DNA of 64,000 nucleotides from an uncultured Thermoplasmata archaeon (GTDB lineage: Archaea; Thermoplasmatota; Thermoplasmata; RBG-16-68-12): NCBI GenBank assembly GCA_963768855.1, contig CAVYJM010000015.1:1-64000 (forward strand). Reading direction: 5' to 3'. The notes beneath the pieces are model-generated. The model worked only from the letters and a program-made list of their open reading frames with translations. It ran no database searches and was not told the DNA's origin. Below are positions 40,075 to 49,112 of this stretch, piece by piece (positions within the stretch are counted from its first letter, which is position 1; every line of letters starts with the position of its first letter). The position numbers and the translations under genes are program-made.

Positions 40075-41184
40075 ATGACGGGCGTTCGCCGCGAGCTTCC
40101 TGACGTCGGACGCGTGGCCATCCTCACGGCCTACCTCCCATCGAGCCGCCCAGGCGGCGTGGAGGTCTTCACGGAGCAGCTCGCCGACGCCCTCGGCGGC
40201 GCAGAGATCTTCGCTCCTCCGCCCGGCTACGCGAGCGCATCCCCGCTGCTCACTCACCTGGGCCTCGAACAACCGATGCGCGCGGCGAGACCGGCGCGCA
40301 TCTTCCGGGAGGTCCACCGCCGGAATCCCTTCGACCTGGTCATCTCCAACGGGCTCTGCGGGTGGCCGCTCTCCCTCTCCCCCGTGGACACGGTCACAGT
40401 CCAGGTCTACCACTTCACCCTGGCGGGTCTCGCGCTGAAGGCGTTGCCGCTGAAGGGAGATCGGATCACGACGGGCCGCATCGGCGGGTTCTTCGATCGG
40501 CTTGCGGGCGTGCGAAAGACGGTCGTCGCGGTGAGCGAGTCCGTTCGCCGCGAGGTGTCCACGATGTATGGTCACCGAGCGGTCGTGTTGCCGAATGGCG
40601 TCGACGTCGGCCTCTTCCGGAGGAGCGGGAGGGACGAAGCGAGGGAATTGCTCCACCTCCCTCGCGAGGGTCCGATCGGGCTCTTCGTGGGCCGATCGGA
40701 GTACGCGAAGGGGTTTGACTTCGTGCAAGCGGTCGCCCGGTCCATGAGCGACGTGCAGTTCGTCTCCGTTTCGCAGCCGGCTCCCGGACCGGCCAATCTC
40801 CAGTTCCGCACGGACCTCCCTCACGACCGGATGCCTCTCCTGTACTCCGCCTCCGACTTCTTCCTCCTGCCGTCGAGGTATGAGGGGTTCAACCTGTCCC
40901 TCCTGGAGGCCCTCGCATGCGAGCTGCCGGTCGTGACAAGTTCCGCGGCCTACCCCTTCGGCGACGAACGGCCCCTCCTGGCGACCGTGGTCGATCCGCT
41001 GACCAAGGATGGTTTGGCAGGGGCCATTCGGGGCGTCCTCGCCCGGGGACCGCAGACGGACCTGCGGGACCGAATCGTCCGGGAGTATTCGCTCGATGCA
41101 TTCCGGCGCCGCTGGGTCGACCTCGCTCGGAGCCTCGTGGCCGGGGAGACGGCCGACATGGCCCCGTCACGTCCTGAAGCGTAG
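40075..41184 (+). CDS. GT4 glycosyltransferase
   Basis: PGGVE, FVGRSEYAKG and EGFNLSLLEALAC. Confidence 0.93.
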   Translation: MTGVRRELPDVGRVAILTAYLPSSRPGGVEVFTEQLADALGGAEIFAPPPGYASASPLLTHLGLEQPMRAARPARIFREVHRRNPFDLVISNGLCGWPLSLSPVDTVTVQVYHFTLAGLALKALPLKGDRITTGRIGGFFDRLAGVRKTVVAVSESVRREVSTMYGHRAVVLPNGVDVGLFRRSGRDEARELLHLPREGPIGLFVGRSEYAKGFDFVQAVARSMSDVQFVSVSQPAPGPANLQFRTDLPHDRMPLLYSASDFFLLPSRYEGFNLSLLEALACELPVVTSSAAYPFGDERPLLATVVDPLTKDGLAGAIRGVLARGPQTDLRDRIVREYSLDAFRRRWVDLARSLVAGETADMAPSRPEA

Positions 41185-41300
41185 GATACGTTCGCCCGGA
41201 GTCGCGGAATCGTCCGCGATCGGTCGGGCTCGCTCGATGGGCTCTCGACGATTTCCGTGATAACCTTTACAGCCCTTCACACCTTTCCGAACCGCTCGAG

Positions 41301-42260
41301 GTGGAACCAGCGCGGGCGAGGCCAGACCGAACGGCCCGGTGGGCTCTCGCTTATTCAAGGACGGCCTACCAGGAGTATTTCCGCCACCGTCAGTGGAGCA
41401 TCGGATTGGTCCGAGCGCCGATCCATCGCTTCGTCGAACCCGGTTTCCGACCCGAGGTCGAATGGATCCGGGTGCCCCGCCGCGACGAATATCTCGCCGA
41501 TCCGTTCGGAATCATCCACGACGGCCGCGTATCCGTCCTCTGCGAACGGTACGACCGCAGGACCTTGAAAGGGACCCTCGTGTCGTTCGACTGGCCGGCA
41601 CGAGGCGTTCGACCGGACCCGGAGGCCGTGTTCTCCCTGGAATCCCACGCGTCCTATCCATTCCTCATCGAGCACGAGGGGCATGTCTACTGCGTGCCCG
41701 AAACCTCCCGAGCCAACGAAGTCGCACTCTACGAGGCGGCCACCGATCCGCACCGGTGGACGAAGGTCACCACCCTGGTCCAAGGGTTTCCCGGGGTCGA
41801 TTCCGCGGTGTTCCGCTTCGACGGGCGCTGGTGGCTCGCCAGCACGCACGCGGAGGCGCCCGATCGGCAGCTCTCCCTCTGGTACGCGGAGGACCTCCAG
41901 GGACCCTGGCAACCTCACCCGAAGAACCCCGTCAAGGACGACCTGACGTCGGCTCGATCCGCGGGGACGCCGTTCGTCTGGCAAGGTACGCTGTACCGCC
42001 CCGCCCAGGATTGCTCGAGGACCTATGGCGGCCGCGTCGCCATGAACGCGGTCGGGCAACTCTCTCCCGACGCATTCGAGGAACACGTCCTGACGTTCGT
42101 CGAACCGGATCCCAAGGGACCGTACCACCGGGGCTTGCATACGCTGTCCTCCGTGGGCGACATGACCCTCATCGACGGGTTCCGGAACGTGTTCAGCCGG
42201 GCGGCGTTCCGTCAGAGGCTCGCGAAGGGATTCGCGGGGCGTCGCGCTCGAGGGTCGTAG
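41301..42260 (+). CDS. Five-bladed beta-propeller, GINT1 N-terminal-like (GH43/GH32-like fold)
   Basis: WSIG, LADPF, HASYPF, YCVPET, PWQPHPKNPV, RSAG and RPAQDCSRTYG. Confidence 0.75.
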   Translation: MEPARARPDRTARWALAYSRTAYQEYFRHRQWSIGLVRAPIHRFVEPGFRPEVEWIRVPRRDEYLADPFGIIHDGRVSVLCERYDRRTLKGTLVSFDWPARGVRPDPEAVFSLESHASYPFLIEHEGHVYCVPETSRANEVALYEAATDPHRWTKVTTLVQGFPGVDSAVFRFDGRWWLASTHAEAPDRQLSLWYAEDLQGPWQPHPKNPVKDDLTSARSAGTPFVWQGTLYRPAQDCSRTYGGRVAMNAVGQLSPDAFEEHVLTFVEPDPKGPYHRGLHTLSSVGDMTLIDGFRNVFSRAAFRQRLAKGFAGRRARGS

Positions 42261-42297
42261 ACACGCGTCCAGGTCGCGACCGTGCCGTCCCGCCGCC

Positions 42298-43389
42298 TCA
42301 CGCCGACTCGACGAGCGACCGGATCTGACGGAGCTCCTCCTGGGAGGGGGACGTCGGCATCTGGACCTCGAAGCATCGGGCATGGCTGAACGCCTTTTGC
42401 AGGACCGCCGCACCGGCCTGGGCAAAGTCGAGCGGTCCGTCGGGCATGCCGGCATACGCCTTGGCGGTTCGATCCAGATTGAACATGTACCGCTCGTACA
42501 TCGCGGTGAGGGCGACCCGCCGGGCCAGCTCCTCCGGGGCCAGGTCCGCGATCCCGACGCGACGGGACCGACCCGTCGAGAGCAAGCACGCCTTGGTCAG
42601 GGGAGCCCGGATGCCCTCGCGGCTGCCCGGGATAACGCGGTTAATCGGGGCTCGGACGTAGATGAAGAACCGGCTCTCCAACCGAGCGCGGATGTTGGCC
42701 GAGATCGCGGCGTCCGGATTGAGGGAGCGGGCGAGACGATTCATCGCGAGGCGGCGCTCCAGGCTGCGTCGCGCCTTCGGGCCGCCGACGGTGGACCGGA
42801 GCTGGGGATGGGCCTCGAAGTTATAGGAGAACAGACGGAGCCACCGAGGATAGCCGAGGAGCTCCCCGGAGGAGGAGACGAGACACCAGTCGTCCGCCAT
42901 GTAGTCGTATCCGTTCGAGACGAACTCCAGGGCCACGTTCGTCTTCCCGGTGTGGGCCCAGGCCGGGAACAGGATCCCCACTCCGTCGCGGGAGACCGCG
43001 GAGCTGTGGGCCAGGAACGCCCCCCGGGACATCACGTGGAAGAAGAGGAGGCCCTCGACCCACCGGGCATAGAGGTCTTCTGGATCCAGCCCCGGTTCCG
43101 CGCGGATGACCCCTTCCGAGAGACGGATCCGTCCGGAGCTCGTGCCCATGACCATCGAATCCTTGTCGAACGAGTAGATCGTGGAGAGCAGTCGATCGTC
43201 GCTGCCCACCTCGCCCTCCTCGACGATGAGATCCACGGGGCCGTCCGGGCGTGCGTTGCGGTCGAGGAAGAACGGGAACTCCTCGCGCATGAGACCGGCG
43301 AGCCTCCGGTGGGCGACCCGGACCGAGAAGAGGCCGTGGAAGGAGAAGGTCGCGGGGAGCGATTCGTTCAGTACGGAGGGCGAGCCCAT
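42298..43389 (-). CDS. HPr kinase-like P-loop protein (copy 1)
   Basis: AHSSAVSRDG...AWAHTGKT (variant Walker A)...YMADDW. Start at ATG 43389 (GTG 43407 is also possible). Confidence 0.75.
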   Translation of the reverse strand: MGSPSVLNESLPATFSFHGLFSVRVAHRRLAGLMREEFPFFLDRNARPDGPVDLIVEEGEVGSDDRLLSTIYSFDKDSMVMGTSSGRIRLSEGVIRAEPGLDPEDLYARWVEGLLFFHVMSRGAFLAHSSAVSRDGVGILFPAWAHTGKTNVALEFVSNGYDYMADDWCLVSSSGELLGYPRWLRLFSYNFEAHPQLRSTVGGPKARRSLERRLAMNRLARSLNPDAAISANIRARLESRFFIYVRAPINRVIPGSREGIRAPLTKACLLSTGRSRRVGIADLAPEELARRVALTAMYERYMFNLDRTAKAYAGMPDGPLDFAQAGAAVLQKAFSHARCFEVQMPTSPSQEELRQIRSLVESA

Positions 43390-43476
43390 CGTGGCCAGGG
43401 ACGACACCGGTCCAGCATAAGGGGTTTGGAATAAGTGGGTTGCGTCTCGGCGCGCAGGGAGGAGGAGCGGGACCCG

Positions 43477-44484
43477 CTAGAAGAGGGAGAGGACCCGCTC
43501 TCGGGCCTCTGCGGTCCGGGACATCACAAGGCGGTAGGAGGGCACCGCGCGCGCAAGGACCTCGAGGCCCTCCAGACTCGAGGGAGGCGCGAGGGGACCC
43601 AGATACGTGTGCCGTGGGAATTCATGGGTCATCTCCTGGACCTGGACGAGGCGTCGGAATCCCTCTTCGGGAGGGAGGCGGGCGAACGCGGTCTCGTTTC
43701 CCAGCGAGAGGAAGACGAGGGCCAGAGCCTCCGCGGTCGTCTTCGTCTTCCCTGAATCGGGTCGCATGAAGTACTTGCCGTGCGCGGTCGGGAGGGCCGG
43801 GGATCCGGCCGCAGGAGGACCGGGCATCCTCAGGGCGGCCGGGAAGCCGAGGACGCTCGAGCGATCGAGGGCCACGAAGTTATCGGACACGTAGTCCAGC
43901 TGGTCCAGGAGGCTTGCGCAGAGGGTCGACTTCCCGCTTCCGTTGAGCCCCACCAGGAGCACGGCACGTCCGTCCCTCGCCACCGCGGAGGCGTGCAGGA
44001 TGAGGGCCCCCCTTCGCTCCAGCTTCAGAAGGACGGGCTCCTGGACTCCGAGACGGAACAACGCGAACTCGTCCTCCCAGGGCTGCCCTTTCCCGAAGAT
44101 CCTCCGCACGCGGGAGGTGCGATCAAGGATGTAGGAGGCTCGGACGAGGGCGTCGTTCCCGTCCGTGTATCGAACGACGAGCTTCCCCGCGGCATAGCGA
44201 GCCGTCCCGCCCTCGAGGAATTCGTTCGTGCCCAGGCGCTCCTCCTTCCCGCGACGCTCGATCCCGACCCCGGGCGATTCGAACCAGCCACGGACTCGCA
44301 GGTCCACATGGACAGAGAGGGATTCCGAGGACGGGCCCGAACGATCGAAGGCACCGAACATCAGATCGCTCAGCGTGAGGAACTCGGGCCAAGGCGACGC
44401 GACCGAGACGCGGATTCCGTGGACCGTGAACGTCCGCGTCTCGTCATTGGGACGCGGCTGGGCGGAATCGGACAGATCGGACAC
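43477..44484 (-). CDS. HPr kinase-like P-loop protein (copy 2)
   Basis: LHASAVARDG...GLNGSGKST...YVSDN. GTG 44484 preceded by GGAGG. Confidence 0.78.
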   Translation of the reverse strand: MSDLSDSAQPRPNDETRTFTVHGIRVSVASPWPEFLTLSDLMFGAFDRSGPSSESLSVHVDLRVRGWFESPGVGIERRGKEERLGTNEFLEGGTARYAAGKLVVRYTDGNDALVRASYILDRTSRVRRIFGKGQPWEDEFALFRLGVQEPVLLKLERRGALILHASAVARDGRAVLLVGLNGSGKSTLCASLLDQLDYVSDNFVALDRSSVLGFPAALRMPGPPAAGSPALPTAHGKYFMRPDSGKTKTTAEALALVFLSLGNETAFARLPPEEGFRRLVQVQEMTHEFPRHTYLGPLAPPSSLEGLEVLARAVPSYRLVMSRTAEARERVLSLF

Positions 44485-44768
44485 GGGCCCTCCGGGGCGC
44501 GAGGCGAGGCGCGGAGGTCCGCGAGTGCAGCGCCGCTCGCGGCCGGGCCATAGGGGCACCTCTACATATCTCATTCTGTCACATGGAGGGGAGCGTGCCC
44601 TGTGGTCGCCGCGTTCCCCAGGCGGATTCCGTCATTTCGGTTATCGGCAATCACGTTCGATAGGCGACCAAGAACCGACTTATAGACTGCACCGGCGTGC
44701 GGCGCCAGCCCACCGAAATGTCCGGACACTCCCCCAAACCGCAATGGTCCGCATGCAACGGCCCCCAG

Positions 44769-47700
44769 ATGAATCGAACCGAACCTCATGCCTCAATTCG
44801 CGGCAATCACCGCCGAGTCGTGGCCTGCCTGCTCGGCGCGTTGGCGGTGATCCTCCTCATCGCGTCCCTCGCAGGGGCCGGTGTCCCGCTCCATGCAGTT
44901 CCGAACCTGACCGCGGACTACACGCAAACCGCGAGCATCTACGTCCGCGTGGTGCGCACAGGATGGAGCGAAGCCGCGGTCCTCGGCGTCCAGAACGGGA
45001 CGGGGTCGGCAGTCGCGGTGAGCATCCTCGTGAACGGGGCCGTCAAGAACTCGACGACCACGATCTATAACGGGGAGTTCTGGTCGCTCCACGTGAGTGT
45101 GGCGAACGGCTCGAGCGTCCAGGCCGTCATCGGCAGCTACATCTCGAACCCCGCCTCCGTGCCCGCCTATCGGCCCCAGCCCGTGACGCCGGGAGGCATC
45201 ATCTACGCTCGCGGATCCCAGCTCTTCGTCAACGGCACTCCCGTTCAACTCTTCGGGGTCGACGAGGAGACCGGGTTCACCTATGCGATGATTGCGGCCG
45301 GGCTCTGCGGGTGGACGAACCCGTCCCAGTACTGGGGCAACAACCAGCTCTTCCCCTCCGGACCGAGCACGAAGATCCCGGGGGTCTCGAGCGTGGACCA
45401 GTATTGGCAGAAGTTCTTCCAGTACTTCCTCCACTACAACCAAGTCGCCGGGAACGCGACGAACCCGAAGATCAATGTCATCCGGATCACCGTCGTCGAC
45501 GACACGTTCGTGCCGGAAGGCGCGTACTGGGCGTGGAAGAACAACCCGACCACCTTCTGGCAAATCTTCGACAGCATGCTCTATTGGGCCGGCCGCGCCG
45601 GCTTGTATGTCGTCCCGGTCCTCGGCCACATCGCCCAGAAGGGGACGAGCACGGTCGAGACCTGGTACGACACCTCCACCCCCCAGTTCGCCCACCACGT
45701 CGCACTGGTCCAGGCCATCCTCGCGCGGTACAACAACAACACCCGGATCGCGATGTGGGACCTCTGGAACGAACCCGAGGTGAACAACGATGTGTACTGG
45801 GCCAGCGTCGGCGGGATCACGGGCTTCCGGGCCTGGGCAACGACGCTCATCTCGGCCGTGAAGCCCTACAGCTCGAACCACCTCCTCACGATGGGCACCT
45901 GCGGGTGGACCCTGTTCCCCGGAATCCCCGGATTCGGATGGGAGTACTACTTCTTCTTCAACGACATGCCCGGTCTGGACGTGGCCTCGAACCACTACTA
46001 CGCCACGGCGCAGGACCAGTACCTGGTCACCTGGCAGACGGACTGGCACAAGGGATTGAACATCCCCGAGTTCCAGGGGGAGTTCGGCTACGGTGCGTCG
46101 GGCGGGAACCAGCTCGGCTACGGATACTGGCCCTGGTTCGCTCAGCACACGATGGCCGCCGGATGGTCCGTCGCGACGATGGTGTTCCTGAACGACGGAG
46201 TGGGCCCCTATGCGGACTACCCGTACCTCGGATCGCTCCCCTCCTACCCGAACGGGACGGCCCCCGGACCCCAGGGTCCCGTCGCGAGCTTCGTCGTCAC
46301 CCCCAGCTCTCCGGTGGCCGGCACGGCCGCGACCTTTGACGGTTCCCTCTCCTCGGACACGGCGACGATCACGTCCTATGCGTGGACCTTCGGGGATGGG
46401 GGCTCCGGCACGGGCGCGGTGCTGAGCCACACCTACGCCTCGGCCGGCACGTACCTCGCCTCCCTGAAGGTGACGGATACGAACGCTGCGAGCAACACGA
46501 CCTCTCGATCCGTGCAGGTCACGTCGGCCCAGCCGCCGCCCGCGGACACGACGCCCCCCGCCCAGGTGACGGACCTACAGACCACATCGGTGGGTGCGAC
46601 CGCGGTCGCCCTCCGATGGACCGCGCCAGGGAACAACGGAACCACGGGGCAGGCGACCCAGTACGATCTGCGCTATAACACGCTGGGTCCGCTGGACGAC
46701 ACGAACTTCACCTCGGGCGTCCGGGTGCCGACGCCCGCCCCGAGCCCGGCGGGCACGACGGAGACCTTGAGCGTGACGGGCCTCACACCCGCCACGGACT
46801 ACTGGTTTGCCCTCCGCACCGCGGATGCGGTGCCGAACTGGTCCCCGGTCTCGAACGATGCCGTGACGACCACGGCGTCTCCGCCCATGAGCCCCACCCC
46901 GCCGTCCGTCACGACCTTCGCGGCGACCGCGAGGGGCCAGACCACGGCCACGCTCAACGGGAACCTCGGAAGCCTCGGCTCGGGCTCTCCGGTCACGGTG
47001 GGCTTCTGGTACGGGACGAGCCCGACCCTTGCGGGCGCCCTCAATGCGACCGCCGGATCCGTCACGATTCCAGGTTCCTTCAGCTTGAAGATCAACGGGC
47101 TCACCTCCGGCGGAGTGTACTACTTCTCCGCGTGGGCGAACGGGACCGGCTTCGCCAGCGGCGCTGTGCTGAACTTCACCTCCTCCAACCCGGGCACCCT
47201 CGCGCCGCGCGCGAACACCCACAAGCCCCACGGTTCGACCGCGACGACCGCCACGGTGAGCGGGAACGTGTCGAGCCTCGGCAACGCGTCTGCGGTCAAT
47301 GTCGGCTTCCTCATCAGCACGAGCCCGACCCTTTTCGGGGCCATGAACGTGACCGTCAGCACCCTCGCGGATCCCGCCGAATTCCAACTATCGGTCAGCG
47401 GCCTGGCGCCGAACACGGTGTACTACTATGAGGCGTGGGCGGCCGGACAGGGGTTCGCGCTCGGCGGGATCTTGAACGTGTCCACCTCGGCCCTCCTGCC
47501 GCCTTCCGTTGCACCCGCGGTCCTCGGGGTCACGTACAGTCCCGAGACGCAGTCGCTCGACATCGCCTTCTCCCAGCCCATGAACCGCAGCTCCGTCCAG
47601 GACGCCGTCGCGATTTCCCCCTCCGTGAGCTACCAACTCGTCTGGGTCAACGACAGCCATGTGCAGCTCCAGCTGGAGTCCGCACTCACCGCGAACCAGG

Positions 47701-48104
47701 ACTACGGCCTCACCGTCGGATCGACCGCCCTCAGTGCGAGCGGGCAGCCCATGGGGGACCCGTTCACGTTCCGCTTCACGGCGCCTCCCGCTGCGAGCAT
47801 CGCGGCGCCGAACCTGTGGGACGCCCTGTGGCTCACCTGGCTCCCGTGGATCGTCCTGGGGCTCGCGGCATTGTGGGCCATCGCCCTCCTCCTGCACATC
47901 CGGGGGCGGCGGAAGCTCCGCGCACTCCGGGACAAGACCCGCCTCCTCGCGCGTCGCATCGATGAGCTGCGCACCGAGAATTCACGCTTGACGCCGAAGG
48001 CGGCCTCCCCACCGGCCCTTCGGCCCGTACCCGTTCGGCGCGTCCCGCTGAAGGTCGCCCCTCGCGGGGGCACCGGGAGCGGAAAACCCTTAAGCGGGCC
48101 GTAG
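44769..48104 (+). CDS. Membrane-tethered GH5-like (clan A) glycoside hydrolase with PKD, FN3, two further beta-sandwich domains, SbsA-type Ig-like domain, TM and basic tail
   Basis: NVIRI, WDLWNEPE (acid/base), NHYY, QGEFG (nucleophile). PKD WTFGDG...HTYASAGTY. FN3 repeat. Confidence 0.85.
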   Translation: MNRTEPHASIRGNHRRVVACLLGALAVILLIASLAGAGVPLHAVPNLTADYTQTASIYVRVVRTGWSEAAVLGVQNGTGSAVAVSILVNGAVKNSTTTIYNGEFWSLHVSVANGSSVQAVIGSYISNPASVPAYRPQPVTPGGIIYARGSQLFVNGTPVQLFGVDEETGFTYAMIAAGLCGWTNPSQYWGNNQLFPSGPSTKIPGVSSVDQYWQKFFQYFLHYNQVAGNATNPKINVIRITVVDDTFVPEGAYWAWKNNPTTFWQIFDSMLYWAGRAGLYVVPVLGHIAQKGTSTVETWYDTSTPQFAHHVALVQAILARYNNNTRIAMWDLWNEPEVNNDVYWASVGGITGFRAWATTLISAVKPYSSNHLLTMGTCGWTLFPGIPGFGWEYYFFFNDMPGLDVASNHYYATAQDQYLVTWQTDWHKGLNIPEFQGEFGYGASGGNQLGYGYWPWFAQHTMAAGWSVATMVFLNDGVGPYADYPYLGSLPSYPNGTAPGPQGPVASFVVTPSSPVAGTAATFDGSLSSDTATITSYAWTFGDGGSGTGAVLSHTYASAGTYLASLKVTDTNAASNTTSRSVQVTSAQPPPADTTPPAQVTDLQTTSVGATAVALRWTAPGNNGTTGQATQYDLRYNTLGPLDDTNFTSGVRVPTPAPSPAGTTETLSVTGLTPATDYWFALRTADAVPNWSPVSNDAVTTTASPPMSPTPPSVTTFAATARGQTTATLNGNLGSLGSGSPVTVGFWYGTSPTLAGALNATAGSVTIPGSFSLKINGLTSGGVYYFSAWANGTGFASGAVLNFTSSNPGTLAPRANTHKPHGSTATTATVSGNVSSLGNASAVNVGFLISTSPTLFGAMNVTVSTLADPAEFQLSVSGLAPNTVYYYEAWAAGQGFALGGILNVSTSALLPPSVAPAVLGVTYSPETQSLDIAFSQPMNRSSVQDAVAISPSVSYQLVWVNDSHVQLQLESALTANQDYGLTVGSTALSASGQPMGDPFTFRFTAPPAASIAAPNLWDALWLTWLPWIVLGLAALWAIALLLHIRGRRKLRALRDKTRLLARRIDELRTENSRLTPKAASPPALRPVPVRRVPLKVAPRGGTGSGKPLSGP
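46545..46874 (+). repeat. FN3 domain copy 2
   Basis: DTTPPAQVTDL...YWFALRTADAVPNWS is shared with 37367-37696. Confidence 0.85.
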
Positions 48105-48126
48105 GGTCTCCCTCTCCGGGGTCCCC

Positions 48127-49017
48127 GTGCGCATCCACTTCCAGGCCGTGCCGTGGGATCTCTACGCAGCCGCCATCTACTCGCTCGTGGTCTCCGTCGG
48201 CCTGCTCGCCGCAGGTGCCGGCAGCCCGTTCGGGCTCGTCCTCATCCTGTTCGTGCCAGGCTACCTCGCAAACTCGGCCCTCCTGCCCCGCAAAGGCGAC
48301 GCGGACGCTCTCCTGAGGCTCGCCCTCAGCGTCGGGCTCAGCCTCGCCCTCGCCGCGTTCGCGGGCCTCGTCCTGAACTTCACCCCGTGGGGGATCAGCT
48401 TCGACTCGATGATCCTCGCGCTCCTCGTGCTCTCCCTCCCCCTGGCGGTCGTGGCCTACCAGCGCCGGATGAGCGTCCCACCGAACGAGCGGCTCGAGGT
48501 GTCCGTCCATCTCGCGCCCGTGCGCTGGTCGGAGTACGCTTGGAGCGAGAAGATCCTGGCGGTCGTCCTCGTGGTCACCCTCGCCGCAGCGATTCCGCTC
48601 CTCGGCCTCGCCTTGACGCAGCCCAGGCCCACCGAGCCGTTCACGGAGCTCTACATCCTCGGACCGACGGGCAACTTCACAGGCTACCCCACCCGCCTCA
48701 ACGTCTCGCAGCCCGGGACGGTGCAGGTCGTCGTCGCGAACCACGAGGCCGCCGCGGTGAACTACACGCTCCGCGTGGACCTCGTGGGGGTTCGAATCGT
48801 GTACAATGCGACCGCCGACACCAATGACACGATCGAGGTGAACCGGACGACATGGTCGTGGGACAACAAGACGCTCCCGGACGGGGATGCCTGGACGCAG
48901 ACCTACACGTTCGCCATCCCCTCCGCGGGCACGTGGCAGGTGCAGTTCCTCCTGTACCGCAACGGGGCGCTGACAACGATCTACCGGGAAGCGGCCCTGC
49001 TCGTCTCCGTTCCCTAG
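48127..49017 (+). CDS. DUF1616 family archaeal membrane protein
   Basis: LFVPGY...LALSVGLSL...LNFTPWGI and EPFTELYILG...YP...VVVANHE. GGAAAA-CC-CTTAAG BRE/TATA-like element at 48081-48094. Confidence 0.85.
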   Translation: MRIHFQAVPWDLYAAAIYSLVVSVGLLAAGAGSPFGLVLILFVPGYLANSALLPRKGDADALLRLALSVGLSLALAAFAGLVLNFTPWGISFDSMILALLVLSLPLAVVAYQRRMSVPPNERLEVSVHLAPVRWSEYAWSEKILAVVLVVTLAAAIPLLGLALTQPRPTEPFTELYILGPTGNFTGYPTRLNVSQPGTVQVVVANHEAAAVNYTLRVDLVGVRIVYNATADTNDTIEVNRTTWSWDNKTLPDGDAWTQTYTFAIPSAGTWQVQFLLYRNGALTTIYREAALLVSVP

Positions 49018-49112
49018 GTGATCCCTCCGCGAGGATGCGGTCGCGAAGCGGGAGCAAGGACCGCAATCCGAAGCCGGCCCAATCGGGCTCGAGGCCCGGA
49101 CCGAGGCCGGAC

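Noticed and set aside
42298-44574. Lasso-peptide or RiPP cluster suggested by HprK-like kinases plus a radical SAM enzyme
   Set aside because: No precursor peptide, PqqD/RRE, cyclase or peptidase gene is visible, and all neighbours are glycan genes.
36842-48104. Archaeosortase/CTERM-type sorting signal on the surface proteins, processed by the CPBP homolog
   Set aside because: The tails after the TM are long (about 35-60 aa), no PGF/PEF-like motif is present, and the CPBP lacks catalytic histidines.
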